DNA of 58,293 nt from Candidatus Eiseniibacteriota bacterium (GTDB lineage: Bacteria > Eisenbacteria > RBG-16-71-46). The position numbers and the translations under genes are program-made. The notes beneath the pieces were generated by a model. That model was not told the origin of the DNA. It was given only the letters and a program-made list of their open reading frames with translations, and made no database searches. How positions within the stretch are numbered: the stretch's first letter is position 1; the number at the start of each line of letters is the position of its first letter. The DNA lies in the NCBI GenBank assembly GCA_044223135.1, contig JBGAMH010000003.1, positions 1-58,293 on the forward strand, written 5' to 3'. This document shows, piece by piece, positions 1 through 9,363 of the stretch.

Positions 1-601
1 CGTAGCGCACGTGCATGCGCGGGCCGTTCGGCGCGCGCCACGCGAGCGCCACCGGGCGGCCGGCGCCGTCGATCGACAGCCACAGCGAGTCGCCCGACTC
101 CCGCCAGCGCACGCGCGCGAGGCCGCTGTCCGCCTCGATCGTGCTCCACGCGGTGCTGTCGGGCCGCCACAGCGCCAGCAGCGCGCACAGGAGCCGCCCG
201 GCGGGCGGGCCGATCGGCGACGGGCCGCCGCCCACGACGAACGCCCGGTGCCGCGGTGGCACCACGGCCTGCACGCTGTCGCCCTGCGCGCAGACGTCGA
301 GCGCGGTGCCGAGCAGCCAGCTCGCGCGCAGCCGCAGGCGGTCGGGCGACTGCAGCGCCACGCGCATCTCCACGTGCGGCAGCCGGCCCAGGGTCGCGCC
401 CTCCACGCGCACGTCGAGATCGGCGAGCGCGCACGACGAGGCGTTCACGCGCCCCGCGAGCGCCTGCTCGTAGCGCGTGCGCACGTCGCCCAGCTCCAGC
501 GCAGGCATGCGCACGTGGCGCGCGCAACCGGCGGCGAGCAGCGCCACGGCCACCAGGCATAGCCAGCCCGCCGCGGGGCGGCGGCGCGGGCGAACGATCA
601 C
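1..601 (-). CDS. Putative lipoprotein, possibly LolB/DUF4292-like; runs off the left edge of the window
   Basis: Manual translation from GTG 601 (GTGA overlap with the aroK stop): MIVRPRRRPAAGWLCLVAVALLAAGC-ARHVR... It has a basic n-region and LAAGC lipobox, and stays open to the window edge. Not in the ORF track because it has no stop. Confidence 0.65.
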   Translation of the reverse strand, partial: MIVRPRRRPAAGWLCLVAVALLAAGCARHVRMPALELGDVRTRYEQALAGRVNASSCALADLDVRVEGATLGRLPHVEMRVALQSPDRLRLRASWLLGTALDVCAQGDSVQAVVPPRHRAFVVGGGPSPIGPPAGRLLCALLALWRPDSTAWSTIEADSGLARVRWRESGDSLWLSIDGAGRPVALAWRAPNGPRMHVRY

Positions 602-1128
602 GCGAGCGCCTTCAGGGCGGCCAGCGCGTCCCCGGCGACCTGCTCGGGCGTGCGGCCGTCGGTGGACACGCGCACGTGCGCCACCTCGGCGTAGAGCGCC
701 GCGCGCTCGGCGAGCAGCGCGGCCAGCCGCGGCTCGGGCGCCGCGCCGGCGAGCAGCGGGCGCTTGCCGGGCTCGGCGGCCACGCGGCGGGCCGCCTCGG
801 CCGCACTCACCTCCAGCCACACGACCGCGCAGCGCGAACGCAGCAGCTCGCGGCGCGCGGGATCCACCACGATGCCGCCGCCGCACGCCAGCACGCGCAC
901 GCCGGAACTCAGCGCCTGCTCCAGGAGCTCGCCTTCGCGGCGCCGGAACCAGGCCTCGCCCGAGCGCTCGAACAACTCGGACACCGGCACGCCCTCGATG
1001 GCCTCGATCATGGCGTCGAGGTCGGCCGCGGCGGTGCCCAGGCGCTCGCCGAGCACGCGCGCGACGGCGCTCTTGCCCGCGCCCATGAGGCCCACGAGCG
1101 CGATCGGTCGCAGGGAGACGGAAGTCAT
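598..1128 (-). CDS. aroK: Shikimate kinase
   Basis: IALVGLMGAGKS P-loop, DLDAMIE, GEAWFRRRE and ACGGG motifs; lies after pilQ as in pilMNOPQ-aroK loci. True start is ATG 1128 within ORF 598..2322. Confidence 0.93.
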   Translation of the reverse strand: MTSVSLRPIALVGLMGAGKSAVARVLGERLGTAAADLDAMIEAIEGVPVSELFERSGEAWFRRREGELLEQALSSGVRVLACGGGIVVDPARRELLRSRCAVVWLEVSAAEAARRVAAEPGKRPLLAGAAPEPRLAALLAERAALYAEVAHVRVSTDGRTPEQVAGDALAALKALA

Positions 1129-1235
1129 CGGGGGCACAGTAGCGAAGCCCTCCCGCGATCGCCAGCGGAGAACACGCCGGAACGACGCGAGCCGCCGTCC
1201 CGGAGGACGGCGGCTCGGTCGGTGTCCGGAACGTG

Positions 1236-2585
1236 TCAGCGCGTGGCGACCGGCTCGATGATGCGCGGCGTCACGAAGATGATCAGCTCGCGGTTCTGGC
1301 GGACCTTGCTCTGCTCGCTGAAGAGGATGCCGAGCAGCGGGATGTCCTTCAGGAACGGGAAGCCGCGGTGCACGGTCGACTCGTTCGTACGGATCAGGCC
1401 GCCGATCACGGCGGTCTGGCCGTCGTCCACCATCACGCGCGTGTCGGCTTCCGACGTGTTGATGATGATGCCGCCCTGCACCGTCGACTGCGTCGAGAGA
1501 TCCGACACTTCCGGGTGCAGGTCGAGCACGATCTTGCGGTCCTGCGTCAGGTGCGGCATCACGCGGAGCTGAATGCCGATCGTCTGCAGCTGCGACACCG
1601 GGTTGCCGGCGACGTCCTGCGTGATGAGCGGGATCTTCTGGCCGACCACGATCTTGGCCTCGCGGTTGTCGACCGTGGTGATGCGCGGGTTCGAGATGAT
1701 GTTCGCCTTGCGCTGCTCCTCGAGCGTCGACAGCTGGGCCTCGATGGTTCCCCAGTCGCGGAAGATGCCGAACTGGAGGTTCGTCAGGCCGCCGTTCGCC
1801 GGCGTCTTGTGGTCCCCGCCGATCACGACGCCGGGGGCGGGATTCGGGGACCGACCCGGAACCGGTTCGCCGGTGGCGTTGTCGACGAAGTACTTGCTCT
1901 CCGTGCCAATGCCCCACTCGATGCCGAGGTCGCGCACCGACGCCACGTCCACGTCCACCAGCTTGGCCGTGATCTCGATCTGCGGAGTGGCCGAGTCGAG
2001 GTCCTGCGCCATGCGGGCGACGGTCTCGACGTTCTGCGGCAGGTCCGTGACGATCAGCGCGTTCGTGCGGCGCTCCACCTGCACCGAGCCGCGCTTCGAG
2101 AGGCCCGAAACGAGCGGCGCGCTCAGTTCCTGCGCGTTCGCGTAGTTGAGCTTGATGATGCGCGTCTCGAGCGGCACCAGCTCCATCGTGCGGGCGTTCG
2201 CCTGCTCGCGCTCGACCTTCTCCTGGTTGAGGCGGTTGGCGTCGTCCACGCGGATGATCGCGCCGTCTTCGGTGTAGTCGAGGTTGCTCGAGCGCAGCAC
2301 GGCCTTGAGCGCGTCCTGCCACGCCACGTTGCGCAGCTGGATCGACACGGTGGCCTTGGTGTTCGTGCCCATGACGATGTTGCGGCCGCTGAACTCCGAG
2401 ATCGCCCGGAGCACGGTGCGCAGATCGGCGTTGGTCACGTCGAGGCTGAACGTCCCGGAGCCGGTCCGCTGCATGCCGACCTGCGACATGGCGCTACCCG
2501 ACTGCGCGGACGCGGGCACGACGCCCGCGGCGAGGCAAACGCCCGCCACGAGGATCAGACCCAGGAAGGCCTTCTTGGCGCTCAT
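1236..2585 (-). CDS. pilQ: Type IV pilus secretin PilQ (short, no AMIN domains)
   Basis: Signal peptide, N0/N1 domains (FSLDVTNADLRTVLRAIS, LNYANAQEL, ERRTNALIVTD) and secretin domain (PQIEITAKLV ... VPLLG-like IPLLGILF ... RELIIFVTPRII). Confidence 0.93.
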   Translation of the reverse strand: MSAKKAFLGLILVAGVCLAAGVVPASAQSGSAMSQVGMQRTGSGTFSLDVTNADLRTVLRAISEFSGRNIVMGTNTKATVSIQLRNVAWQDALKAVLRSSNLDYTEDGAIIRVDDANRLNQEKVEREQANARTMELVPLETRIIKLNYANAQELSAPLVSGLSKRGSVQVERRTNALIVTDLPQNVETVARMAQDLDSATPQIEITAKLVDVDVASVRDLGIEWGIGTESKYFVDNATGEPVPGRSPNPAPGVVIGGDHKTPANGGLTNLQFGIFRDWGTIEAQLSTLEEQRKANIISNPRITTVDNREAKIVVGQKIPLITQDVAGNPVSQLQTIGIQLRVMPHLTQDRKIVLDLHPEVSDLSTQSTVQGGIIINTSEADTRVMVDDGQTAVIGGLIRTNESTVHRGFPFLKDIPLLGILFSEQSKVRQNRELIIFVTPRIIEPVATR

Positions 2586-3274
2586 TTCTGCTCTCCCTTC
2601 TTCGTCAACGGAATGATCACCGTCTGGGACTGGCCATCGGCCGTGAGGTTCACGATCACGCCGTCGCGCTTGAGGCCTTCGACGTAGCCGTTCTGGATCT
2701 TGTCACCCTTGCGAAGCACGAAACTGTTGCCACGGGCGTCCTCGACGAGCGCGAACTGATCGGCCGCGCCCCAGACGATGCCCACCACCTTCACGCCACC
2801 GATGTCGGGCGGCGTGTTGCCTCCCTGGTCGGCGGCCACGAACGCACCGTCGACCAGCGACTGGAACGGATCGCGACGGCCGAGCGCGTTGTACTGGTAC
2901 GTCAGGTGATCGTCGAGATGGGCCAGCGTCGCGCCCGGCGCCTGCGTGGGCGAGGGCGTGGCCGGTACGACGACCGGGGCACCCGAGCCGCTCGCGGTGG
3001 CGAACGCGGCCTTCGTGCCCGCCTTCGCGGGCTTGCCCGCCTTGCCGGCGGGCATCGACACGGCGCCGTCCGTCTGGCGCGCGACCGGAGCGGCCGCGGG
3101 CTTCGTGGCCGGCTTCGCGGTCGCCCGCACCGTCGGCGACGTCGGCGCCTTCGGCGTGGGCTTCGCGTCGTTCGCCGAAGCCATGCCGGCCAGCACCGTG
3201 ACCGCGGCGGTCACGAGCGCGAGCCCGGCGAGACGGCGGACGCGGGAGCGGCGAAGGTCACGACTTGCGAGCAT
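2582..3274 (-). CDS. pilP: PilP-like pilus assembly protein
   Basis: Lies between pilO and pilQ; Pro/Ala/Lys-rich linker, YNALGRRDPF motif and C-terminal beta domain (VVGIVWG...ALVED...VLRKGDKI). Contains no Cys. Confidence 0.75.
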   Translation of the reverse strand: MLASRDLRRSRVRRLAGLALVTAAVTVLAGMASANDAKPTPKAPTSPTVRATAKPATKPAAAPVARQTDGAVSMPAGKAGKPAKAGTKAAFATASGSGAPVVVPATPSPTQAPGATLAHLDDHLTYQYNALGRRDPFQSLVDGAFVAADQGGNTPPDIGGVKVVGIVWGAADQFALVEDARGNSFVLRKGDKIQNGYVEGLKRDGVIVNLTADGQSQTVIIPLTKKGEQK

Positions 3275-3887
3275 GGGTGCCTCCCTTCTTGTCGTCCGCC
3301 GCGGGCGCAGCCGTCGGCGTGGTGTTGAGGCTGTAGGCCGAAGCCGTGAACTCCGCGGCCGTGGTCGGACCGTCCTGCTTGTTGTTCGACGTGAGGCGAA
3401 GCTCGGACACGGTCACGATGCGGCGCAGGTTCGCCAGCTCGGCGAGGAACGAACCGACCTCGTGGTAGCCGCCCTGCACCTGCACCTGCACCGGCATCTC
3501 GGTGTGGTACTGCTGCGGCTTCGGCGCGGCCGGACGGAAGACCACGAACTGCACGCCGGTCTGCTGACCCGCGAGCGTGATCTTGCGCAGCAGCGCCGCC
3601 ATCTGGCGGTCGGTGGGCAGCAGCTCGGACGCGAGCTCCCAGCGCTGGTGCAGCTGGGTGTACTCCGCCTCGAACCGCGGCAGGTCGGCCACCGACGCCC
3701 GCGCGCGCGCGAGTTCGGTGGACTTCTTCTCGTAGTCCGCGCGCAGCGTGCCGAGCTGTTCGCGCGTGTTCGGGTATCCAAACGGGAGCAGGTGCGTGAA
3801 GAAATACAGGCTGAGCGCGCCGCCCGAGAGCAGCACGGCCAGCAGGATCTTCTGCAGAGCCGGACTCTTCAGATCGAGATTCGCCAT
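3258..3887 (-). CDS. pilO: Type IV pilus assembly protein PilO
   Basis: N-terminal TM helix, coiled coil, LLPTDRQMAALL and GGYHEVGSFLAELANLRRIV motifs. Confidence 0.92.
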   Translation of the reverse strand: MANLDLKSPALQKILLAVLLSGGALSLYFFTHLLPFGYPNTREQLGTLRADYEKKSTELARARASVADLPRFEAEYTQLHQRWELASELLPTDRQMAALLRKITLAGQQTGVQFVVFRPAAPKPQQYHTEMPVQVQVQGGYHEVGSFLAELANLRRIVTVSELRLTSNNKQDGPTTAAEFTASAYSLNTTPTAAPAADDKKGGTHARKS

Positions 3888-3897
3888 TGCCGCCTCC

Positions 3898-4470
3898 CTA
3901 GTTGGCGCTGTCGTCCGGCGTCACCTGGCAGGTGAGGCGGAACTTGACCACGGTCTTGTCGCCGGTCTGCCCGCGCTCGGCCACGTCCAGTTCGACGCCG
4001 GCGAACATCGGCGAGCGCTCCAGGCGCGACATGAAGTCGGAGACGACGAGGTTCGAAAGGGTGACCCCCTCCAGGCTGAGGGTCGACCCCGCATCCTGCG
4101 TGGTGCCCGTCAGCCAGAGGTGGTCCGGTACGCACCGAGCCAGCTCGTCCATGAGCCGGACGCTCTGCGTGCGACCTTTCTCGAGTCGGTTGATGATGCC
4201 CATGCGCAGGTCCAGTTCGGCGCGTTCCTGCGCCAGCTGGTTCACGCGCGCGATCTGCGGCGCCAGGGCGCGCGACTGCGCCTCGACTTCCGTGATCGAG
4301 TGCTGCAGCTGCGACACGCGCGAGCGCTGCGCGACGGCGGTGGTTCCGATCACCACCGCGGCGGCGCCCAGCACCACGGCCGGGATCACCATGTCGCCGA
4401 TCTTGAGGTCGATGGCCGGCGACTTGCGCTGGGCCTTCTCCTCGCGCGGCATCAGATTGACGCGGATCAT
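3898..4470 (-). CDS. pilN: Type IV pilus assembly protein PilN
   Basis: Starts MIRVNLMP (INLLP-type PilM-binding motif) at ATG 4470, overlapping the pilM stop; TM helix, coiled coil and PDHLWLT motif. Confidence 0.92.
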   Translation of the reverse strand: MIRVNLMPREEKAQRKSPAIDLKIGDMVIPAVVLGAAAVVIGTTAVAQRSRVSQLQHSITEVEAQSRALAPQIARVNQLAQERAELDLRMGIINRLEKGRTQSVRLMDELARCVPDHLWLTGTTQDAGSTLSLEGVTLSNLVVSDFMSRLERSPMFAGVELDVAERGQTGDKTVVKFRLTCQVTPDDSAN

Positions 4471-5522
4471 TTCTTGTCTCCCTGGCGGCGCAAGGCCAGA
4501 CCGATGCCCACCGTGAGAAGGGGCGCCACCTTCATCACGTCCTGGCCCGCGAACAGAGCGGGGTCGTAGGCGATGCGCTGAAGCGGATTCACGATCTCGG
4601 TCGGGACGTTGAAGCGCCGGTTCAGGAACTCCGGCACGCCCGGCGTCAGGCTGCTGCCACCGCACAGCAGGATGCGGTTGATCGGGCCGGCCTCGCCCGC
4701 CGTGCGCAGGTACGCCTGCGCGCGCTCGAGCGCGGTCGCGATGCCTTCGCAGGCCTGCTCGACCACGGCCGCGACGTCCAACCCCGCGCCGGACTCGCCG
4801 CGCACCGCCGCGGCGGCCTCGGCCTGGCTGAGGTTGTACTTGCGCTGGGCGGCTTCCACGAACGTGTTGCCACCCACCTGCAGGTCCTTCGTGAAGTACG
4901 GCACGCCGCCCTGGACGATGTTGATGTTGGTCATCTCCGATCCCACGTTCAGGATCGCGACCACCTCGTCGGGCGCGAAGTCGTAGTTCGCCTCGATCGC
5001 GTTCTGTGCCGCGAACGAGTCCACGTCGACGATCGTCGGCGTCAGGCCCGACTCGCGGATCAGGTCGCTGAAGGACATCACCATGTCCTTCTTGGCCGCC
5101 ACGAGCAGCACCTGCATCTGCTTGGGATCGGCCGGCGGCGAGCCGAGGATCTCGAAGTCGAGCGACACGTCGTTGATGTCGTACGGCACGTGCTGCTCGG
5201 CTTCCCAGTAGATCGCCTGCTGCGCGTCCGCCGCCGACAGCTTGTTCATGGTGATCTTCTTCACGATCACCGCGCGCCCGCTGACCGCGGCCACGACGTT
5301 GCGCGAGCGGATGCCGCGCGATTCGAGGAGGTTCGAGATCGCATCCGTCACGAGCTGACGGTCCATGATCTCGCCGTCCACGATGGCTTCGGCCAGAGGC
5401 TGCGACACGCCCCAGTTGACGAGCCGGTAGGTCTTGTTCGGCTGCGACTCGAGCTCCACGGCTTTCACGCTGTGGCTCCCGATGTCCAGCCCGACGAGCG
5501 ACTGCTTCTTGCCGAAGAGCAT
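4467..5522 (-). CDS. pilM: Type IV pilus assembly protein PilM
   Basis: VGLDIGSHSVKAVEL actin-like motif, EAEQHVPY and ILLCGGSS; start ATG 5522 with a GGGAG SD. Confidence 0.95.
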   Translation of the reverse strand: MLFGKKQSLVGLDIGSHSVKAVELESQPNKTYRLVNWGVSQPLAEAIVDGEIMDRQLVTDAISNLLESRGIRSRNVVAAVSGRAVIVKKITMNKLSAADAQQAIYWEAEQHVPYDINDVSLDFEILGSPPADPKQMQVLLVAAKKDMVMSFSDLIRESGLTPTIVDVDSFAAQNAIEANYDFAPDEVVAILNVGSEMTNINIVQGGVPYFTKDLQVGGNTFVEAAQRKYNLSQAEAAAAVRGESGAGLDVAAVVEQACEGIATALERAQAYLRTAGEAGPINRILLCGGSSLTPGVPEFLNRRFNVPTEIVNPLQRIAYDPALFAGQDVMKVAPLLTVGIGLALRRQGDKK

Positions 5523-5647
5523 GGGTTCACTCCCTGAATGCGGTGCGGTTTCCGGCCGGCATGCTCGACGAGTCCACGTGCGTCGCATGCAATCTCGACC
5601 TGCCGAAGCTCCCCCGGGTGGGGGTGACGCTCCGCCTGCCGACCGTT

Positions 5648-5674
5648 CCATCGGCCCGGCGGAACGGGATCTGA
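5648..5674 (-). promoter_or_regulatory. sigma28 (FliA/WhiG)-like promoter candidate upstream of pilM
   Basis: Minus strand TCAG-N15-GCCGATGG versus consensus TAAA-N15-GCCGATAA. Confidence 0.45.
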
Positions 5675-5720
5675 AGTGCGAAATCCACGGTCCTGTGCAA
5701 CACGGAGTTCTCCGACCGGA

Positions 5721-6497
5721 TCATCGTGCCGGTCCCCCGGCAATTTCTCCCCCCCCGATGACCACGACGGGGGTCGACAGCCGGTTCACCGCGCGGCCCC
5801 GGTCGCCGCGACGGAGGGCCTCGTCGATGCGGGCGATCTCCCGCTCGGCGATGTCCTGGAGATACGCGTTCGGCGAGCCGTTGCGCACCGTGGTCCACAG
5901 CGCGCGCGCCACCCCCAGGTCGCCCGTGTTCTGGCGCGCGTAGGCGGCGAACAGCGCCGCGCTCGGCGGGGCGCCCGGGAGGTGCGCCGCCCGCTGGAAG
6001 TACTCGGCGGCCGACTTCAGGTCGCGGCCGCCCGGCTTGACGTAGTAGAGGAAGCCCAGCTCGAACGCGAGCATGCCGTTGGTGGGGTCGGCCTCGAGGC
6101 CCTTCTTCATCAGCTGCTCGGCGCGCGCGAAGTCACGGCCTTCCTGCGCCAGCGCGAAGCCGCCGAACACGTACGCGGCCTCGAAGCGCGGCACGAGCGT
6201 GGTGAGGATGTCGAACACGTGGTACATGCGCTCGAAGCGGTTGTCGCTGTGGCGGTGCTCGCCGTAGTACTGCACCGCGCGCAGCCACGCGAGATCGGCC
6301 ACGAGCGGCGCGTGGCCGAGCGTGGCCGGCTGCAGGAAGCGGCCCGACGGGTAGTAGGCCAGCTCGCCGAGCGGCGGCGACGGCGGCAGCGCACGCGCGC
6401 CGAACGCCGCGAGCTGGAACGCCAGCGCGCCGGCGACCAGCGCCACGCCCCAGCTCGCACCGAGCCGGCGCGCGCGGATCGCGAGCGCCGCGCTCAC
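5721..6497 (-). CDS. Pilin-cluster TPR-like membrane protein (PilG/XapA-like)
   Basis: GTG 6497 overlaps the permease stop; N-terminal TM segment, ADLAWLRAVQYYG motif and TPR-like helices (AFELGFLYY, AAEYFQRAA); adjacent to the pilin-linked ABC genes. Confidence 0.65.
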   Translation of the reverse strand: MSAALAIRARRLGASWGVALVAGALAFQLAAFGARALPPSPPLGELAYYPSGRFLQPATLGHAPLVADLAWLRAVQYYGEHRHSDNRFERMYHVFDILTTLVPRFEAAYVFGGFALAQEGRDFARAEQLMKKGLEADPTNGMLAFELGFLYYVKPGGRDLKSAAEYFQRAAHLPGAPPSAALFAAYARQNTGDLGVARALWTTVRNGSPNAYLQDIAEREIARIDEALRRGDRGRAVNRLSTPVVVIGGGEIAGGPAR

Positions 6498-7258
6498 TTG
6501 AACTCCCGCGTCTCGAACGCCGCACTCGCGAGCGCGAGCACGCACGCCACGTACAGCACGGCGTAGCCCGTGGCCACCAGCAGCTGGTCCGCGCTCACGG
6601 CCGCCCCTCCGGCGACCAGCGCGCGCGCGTTGAACAACGGCAGGTTCGGCACCACGTTCGCCACGAACTCGATCAGGCCGCGCAGGCTGCCCGGGAACTT
6701 CGGCGCGAACGAGCGCAGGTCCGCGCTGCACGCGCCGACCACGAACAGGCCCAGCGTGTAGAGCGCCGACAGCACCGGCGTGGACAGCGCCGAGAACATG
6801 ACCGCCACCGCGGACAGCACGCCCAGTTCGAGCGTGGCCAGGTAGACGGCGGGCACGAGCGCGCGTGCCTGCGGCGAGGCGCCGAGCAGCATCAGCACGC
6901 CGCCCAGGCACGCGCCCAGCACGAGCGCGAACACCGCGAGCGCACCCGCGAGGCCGAGCCACTTGCCCACCAGGTAGGTGGGGCGCGCGATCGGACGCGA
7001 CAGCAGGTTGAAGATCGTGCGGCGTTCGACTTCCTTCGCCACCAGGTGTGAGCCCACGAGCAGGATCGCGAGCAGGCCGAGCAGCGAGATGCTCGCGAGC
7101 CCGAGGTCCGCCGTCAGCCGGACGCCCTCGCCCAGCGCGAGCACGCGCAGCGGCTGCGCGACCACCAGCACCGCGAGACCGGCCACGAGCAGGCCCGTCA
7201 GCACGCGGTCACGGATCGCCTCGCGGAACGTGTTCTGCGCGATGAGCAGGGCGTTCAC
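6494..7258 (-). CDS. ABC-2 transporter permease (Myxococcus PilI-like)
   Basis: Starts VNALLIAQNTFREAIRDR; EVERRTIFNLLSRPIAR...GKWLG motif and multiple TM helices. Confidence 0.85.
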   Translation of the reverse strand: MNALLIAQNTFREAIRDRVLTGLLVAGLAVLVVAQPLRVLALGEGVRLTADLGLASISLLGLLAILLVGSHLVAKEVERRTIFNLLSRPIARPTYLVGKWLGLAGALAVFALVLGACLGGVLMLLGASPQARALVPAVYLATLELGVLSAVAVMFSALSTPVLSALYTLGLFVVGACSADLRSFAPKFPGSLRGLIEFVANVVPNLPLFNARALVAGGAAVSADQLLVATGYAVLYVACVLALASAAFETREFK

Positions 7259-8286
7259 GCGCTCCGCCTTTCGCGCCGCGAGTGGATCGCCGCGTGTTCC
7301 GCCGTGGCCATGAACAGTTCCTCGAGGCTCGCGCGCATGGGCGTGACCGACTCCACCGTGACGCCGTGCCCGACGAGCCACGCGAGCACTTCCTGCTGCC
7401 GCGTGGCGTCGCGCAGCACGAACACCGTGGCGCCCACGCGCTGCTCGCGCAGCACGTCGCTCGACCAAGTGGAGGGAAGCTCGAACAGTGGATCGCCCGC
7501 GCAGCGAATCTCGACACGCGTCGAATGCCCGTCGACGAGTTCGCCCACCGTGGCCACGCGCGTCAGGCGGCCCTCCAGCAGGATGGCCACGCGGTCGCAG
7601 AGCTGTTCGACGTCGGGAAGGATGTGGGACGAGAACAGCACCGTGGCCCCGCGCTCGCGCTGCTCGAGGATCAGGTCGCGCACGTCGCGACGCCCGAACG
7701 GATCGAGCCCGCTCATGGGCTCGTCCAGGATGATCAGTTCCGGCGAGTGCACGAGCGCCGCGGCGAGCCCCAGCCGCTGCAGCATGCCCTTGGAGTACTT
7801 GCGCAGGACCAGCCGTTCGCGGTCCCCGAGGCCCACGCGGCCGAGCCAGTGACGCGCGGCGGTGTCGGCATCCCGCGCACCGAGGCCCGACAGGCGGGCG
7901 GCGAACTCGAGGTATTCCCGGCCGGTCAGGTAGTCGTAGAAGTAGGGCTGCTCCGGCAGGAAGCCGAGCCGCCGACGGCTCTCGCGGTCGGTGACCGGGT
8001 GGCCGAGCAGGAACGCCTCGCCGCGCGTGGGCTGGATCAGCCCCGTCAGCAGCTTCAGCGTGGTGGTCTTGCCCGCACCGTTCGGTCCCAGGTAGCCGAA
8101 CACCTCGCCGCGCCGGACTTCCAGGTCCAGCGCTTCGAGCCCGACCCGCAGCCGACCGGTCCAGTGGTGCCGGTACTGCTTGGTCAGGCCGCGGGCCAGC
8201 ACCGCCGGATCGTCCGGGCGCGCGTTCTGCACGGCCGAACGGTCAGGCGTTGACCGGTCTGCAGCGGTGATGGCTGAAGTTTGCAT
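7255..8286 (-). CDS. ABC transporter ATP-binding protein (Myxococcus PilH-like)
   Basis: GPNGAGKTT Walker A, YSKGMLQR signature, ILDEP Walker B and SSH switch; start ATG 8286. Confidence 0.9.
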   Translation of the reverse strand: MQTSAITAADRSTPDRSAVQNARPDDPAVLARGLTKQYRHHWTGRLRVGLEALDLEVRRGEVFGYLGPNGAGKTTTLKLLTGLIQPTRGEAFLLGHPVTDRESRRRLGFLPEQPYFYDYLTGREYLEFAARLSGLGARDADTAARHWLGRVGLGDRERLVLRKYSKGMLQRLGLAAALVHSPELIILDEPMSGLDPFGRRDVRDLILEQRERGATVLFSSHILPDVEQLCDRVAILLEGRLTRVATVGELVDGHSTRVEIRCAGDPLFELPSTWSSDVLREQRVGATVFVLRDATRQQEVLAWLVGHGVTVESVTPMRASLEELFMATAEHAAIHSRRERRSA

Positions 8287-8389
8287 GGTCCCCGGGAGTG
8301 GAAGCCCTGCCGAAAGGGCGCGCGGAACGTGATCCCGCAACGTCTTGCGCCGTCCGCCCTCGCGAAGTGCGAGCCGCGCGTCCCGCGAT

Positions 8390-8405
8390 TGCAACGGGTG
8401 TGCCG
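8390..8405 (-). promoter_or_regulatory. sigma54 -24/-12 promoter of the ABC genes
   Basis: CGGCAC-ACCCG-TTGCA on the minus strand with exact GG-N10-GC spacing. Confidence 0.75.
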
Positions 8406-8419
8406 CCCACAAGTGCCCG

Positions 8420-8461
8420 GAAACACTCGCGCCCCCCGCCGGAAGGCCGACGGGGGGCGCG
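8420..8461 (-). terminator. Stem-loop after pilA3 (probable intrinsic terminator)
   Basis: Arms CGCGCCCCCCG (8428-8438) and CGGGGGGCGCG (8451-8461), extendable with a G-U pair, followed by AGTGTTT on the minus strand. Confidence 0.55.
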
Positions 8462-8476
8462 GAAAACGCGAACGGG

Positions 8477-8998
8477 CTACTGGCCGCTGGTGAGCACCAC
8501 GTTGAAGTCGAGGTTCTTGCCGTGGCCCACGATCTGGTAGCGGTAGTTCGCCGAGTCCTTGTACGCCACGATGCCCGACACCCCAGACGTCGCGAGCGGT
8601 GTCGCCCATGCGGCCGCGGTCTCGTACGCGACACCCGATCCGCCGGTCTTGGTGAACGGGTTCTTGAAGTTGGCACCGCCGCGCGGCATCTGCGCGATCA
8701 GCGTGTCGATGCCGGTGGCGTACTGGCCGTCGTTGCGGATGCCGTAGTCCTCCGCCGACAGCTGCACGCTGTGCATGTTCGCCTTGGTGCTCCCCTCCTT
8801 CGCGCGATCCTGCATGGCGACGAAGTTGGGAATCGCGATCGAGGCGAGGATGCCGATGATCACGACCACGATCATGAGCTCGATCAGCGTGAAGCCCTGC
8901 TGGCGCTCCCACCGGACGACCCGCGAGCACACCGGCGCTTCGTGCGCTCCGGAACCATCCTGACGTGCGATCGAACGCCGCGTGTCGAACCCCAGCAT
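8477..8998 (-). CDS. pilA: Type IVa pilin, third and most divergent copy (pilA3)
   Basis: QQG|FTLIELMIVVVIIGILASIAIPNF prepilin motif; ATG 8998 with an AAGGAG SD; ends LTSGQ like the other two pilins. Confidence 0.9.
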   Translation of the reverse strand: MLGFDTRRSIARQDGSGAHEAPVCSRVVRWERQQGFTLIELMIVVVIIGILASIAIPNFVAMQDRAKEGSTKANMHSVQLSAEDYGIRNDGQYATGIDTLIAQMPRGGANFKNPFTKTGGSGVAYETAAAWATPLATSGVSGIVAYKDSANYRYQIVGHGKNLDFNVVLTSGQ

Positions 8999-9080
8999 GA
9001 CCTGCTCCTTTCCGGACTTTCGCGAAGAGCGCCACACGGGGGAGTGACGGCGCTTTCGAACATTCTCGAAGTCGATACAT

Positions 9081-9096
9081 CGCAACCGGCGTGCCA
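9081..9096 (-). promoter_or_regulatory. sigma54 promoter of pilA3
   Basis: TGGCAC-GCCGG-TTGCG, matching consensus. Confidence 0.85.
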
Positions 9097-9145
9097 CGCA
9101 GCCCCCGCGGACGGGCCGTGCGAAGGAGTGTTGCCACGCACGGGG

Positions 9146-9172
9146 TTATCGGCGGGCCGGGTTGCGGACTTC
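9146..9172 (-). promoter_or_regulatory. sigma28-like motif upstream of pilA3
   Basis: GAAG-N15-GCCGATAA, with a perfect -10 octamer. Confidence 0.5.
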
Positions 9173-9363
9173 GGCGCGAAGTGACGGAACGGCGGTGCAG
9201 GGTGCGGCGCCCGCCGCCGTGCTCCGTGCGCTCCGCAAGCAAATGGCCCCGACCGGGCAGGGTGCACGACGGGCTGACGCAGCCGTCAGGTGGCCACCGG
9301 GCGGGGGGCGGCCGCGCTCGAGCGAACGGAGCGGGGACGCGAGGCGGGCCGCGGGCGGGCATC

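Noticed and set aside
5588-5605. CGGCAG...TTGCA upstream of pilM as a sigma54 promoter
   Set aside because: GG-to-GC spacing is 12 rather than the required 10.
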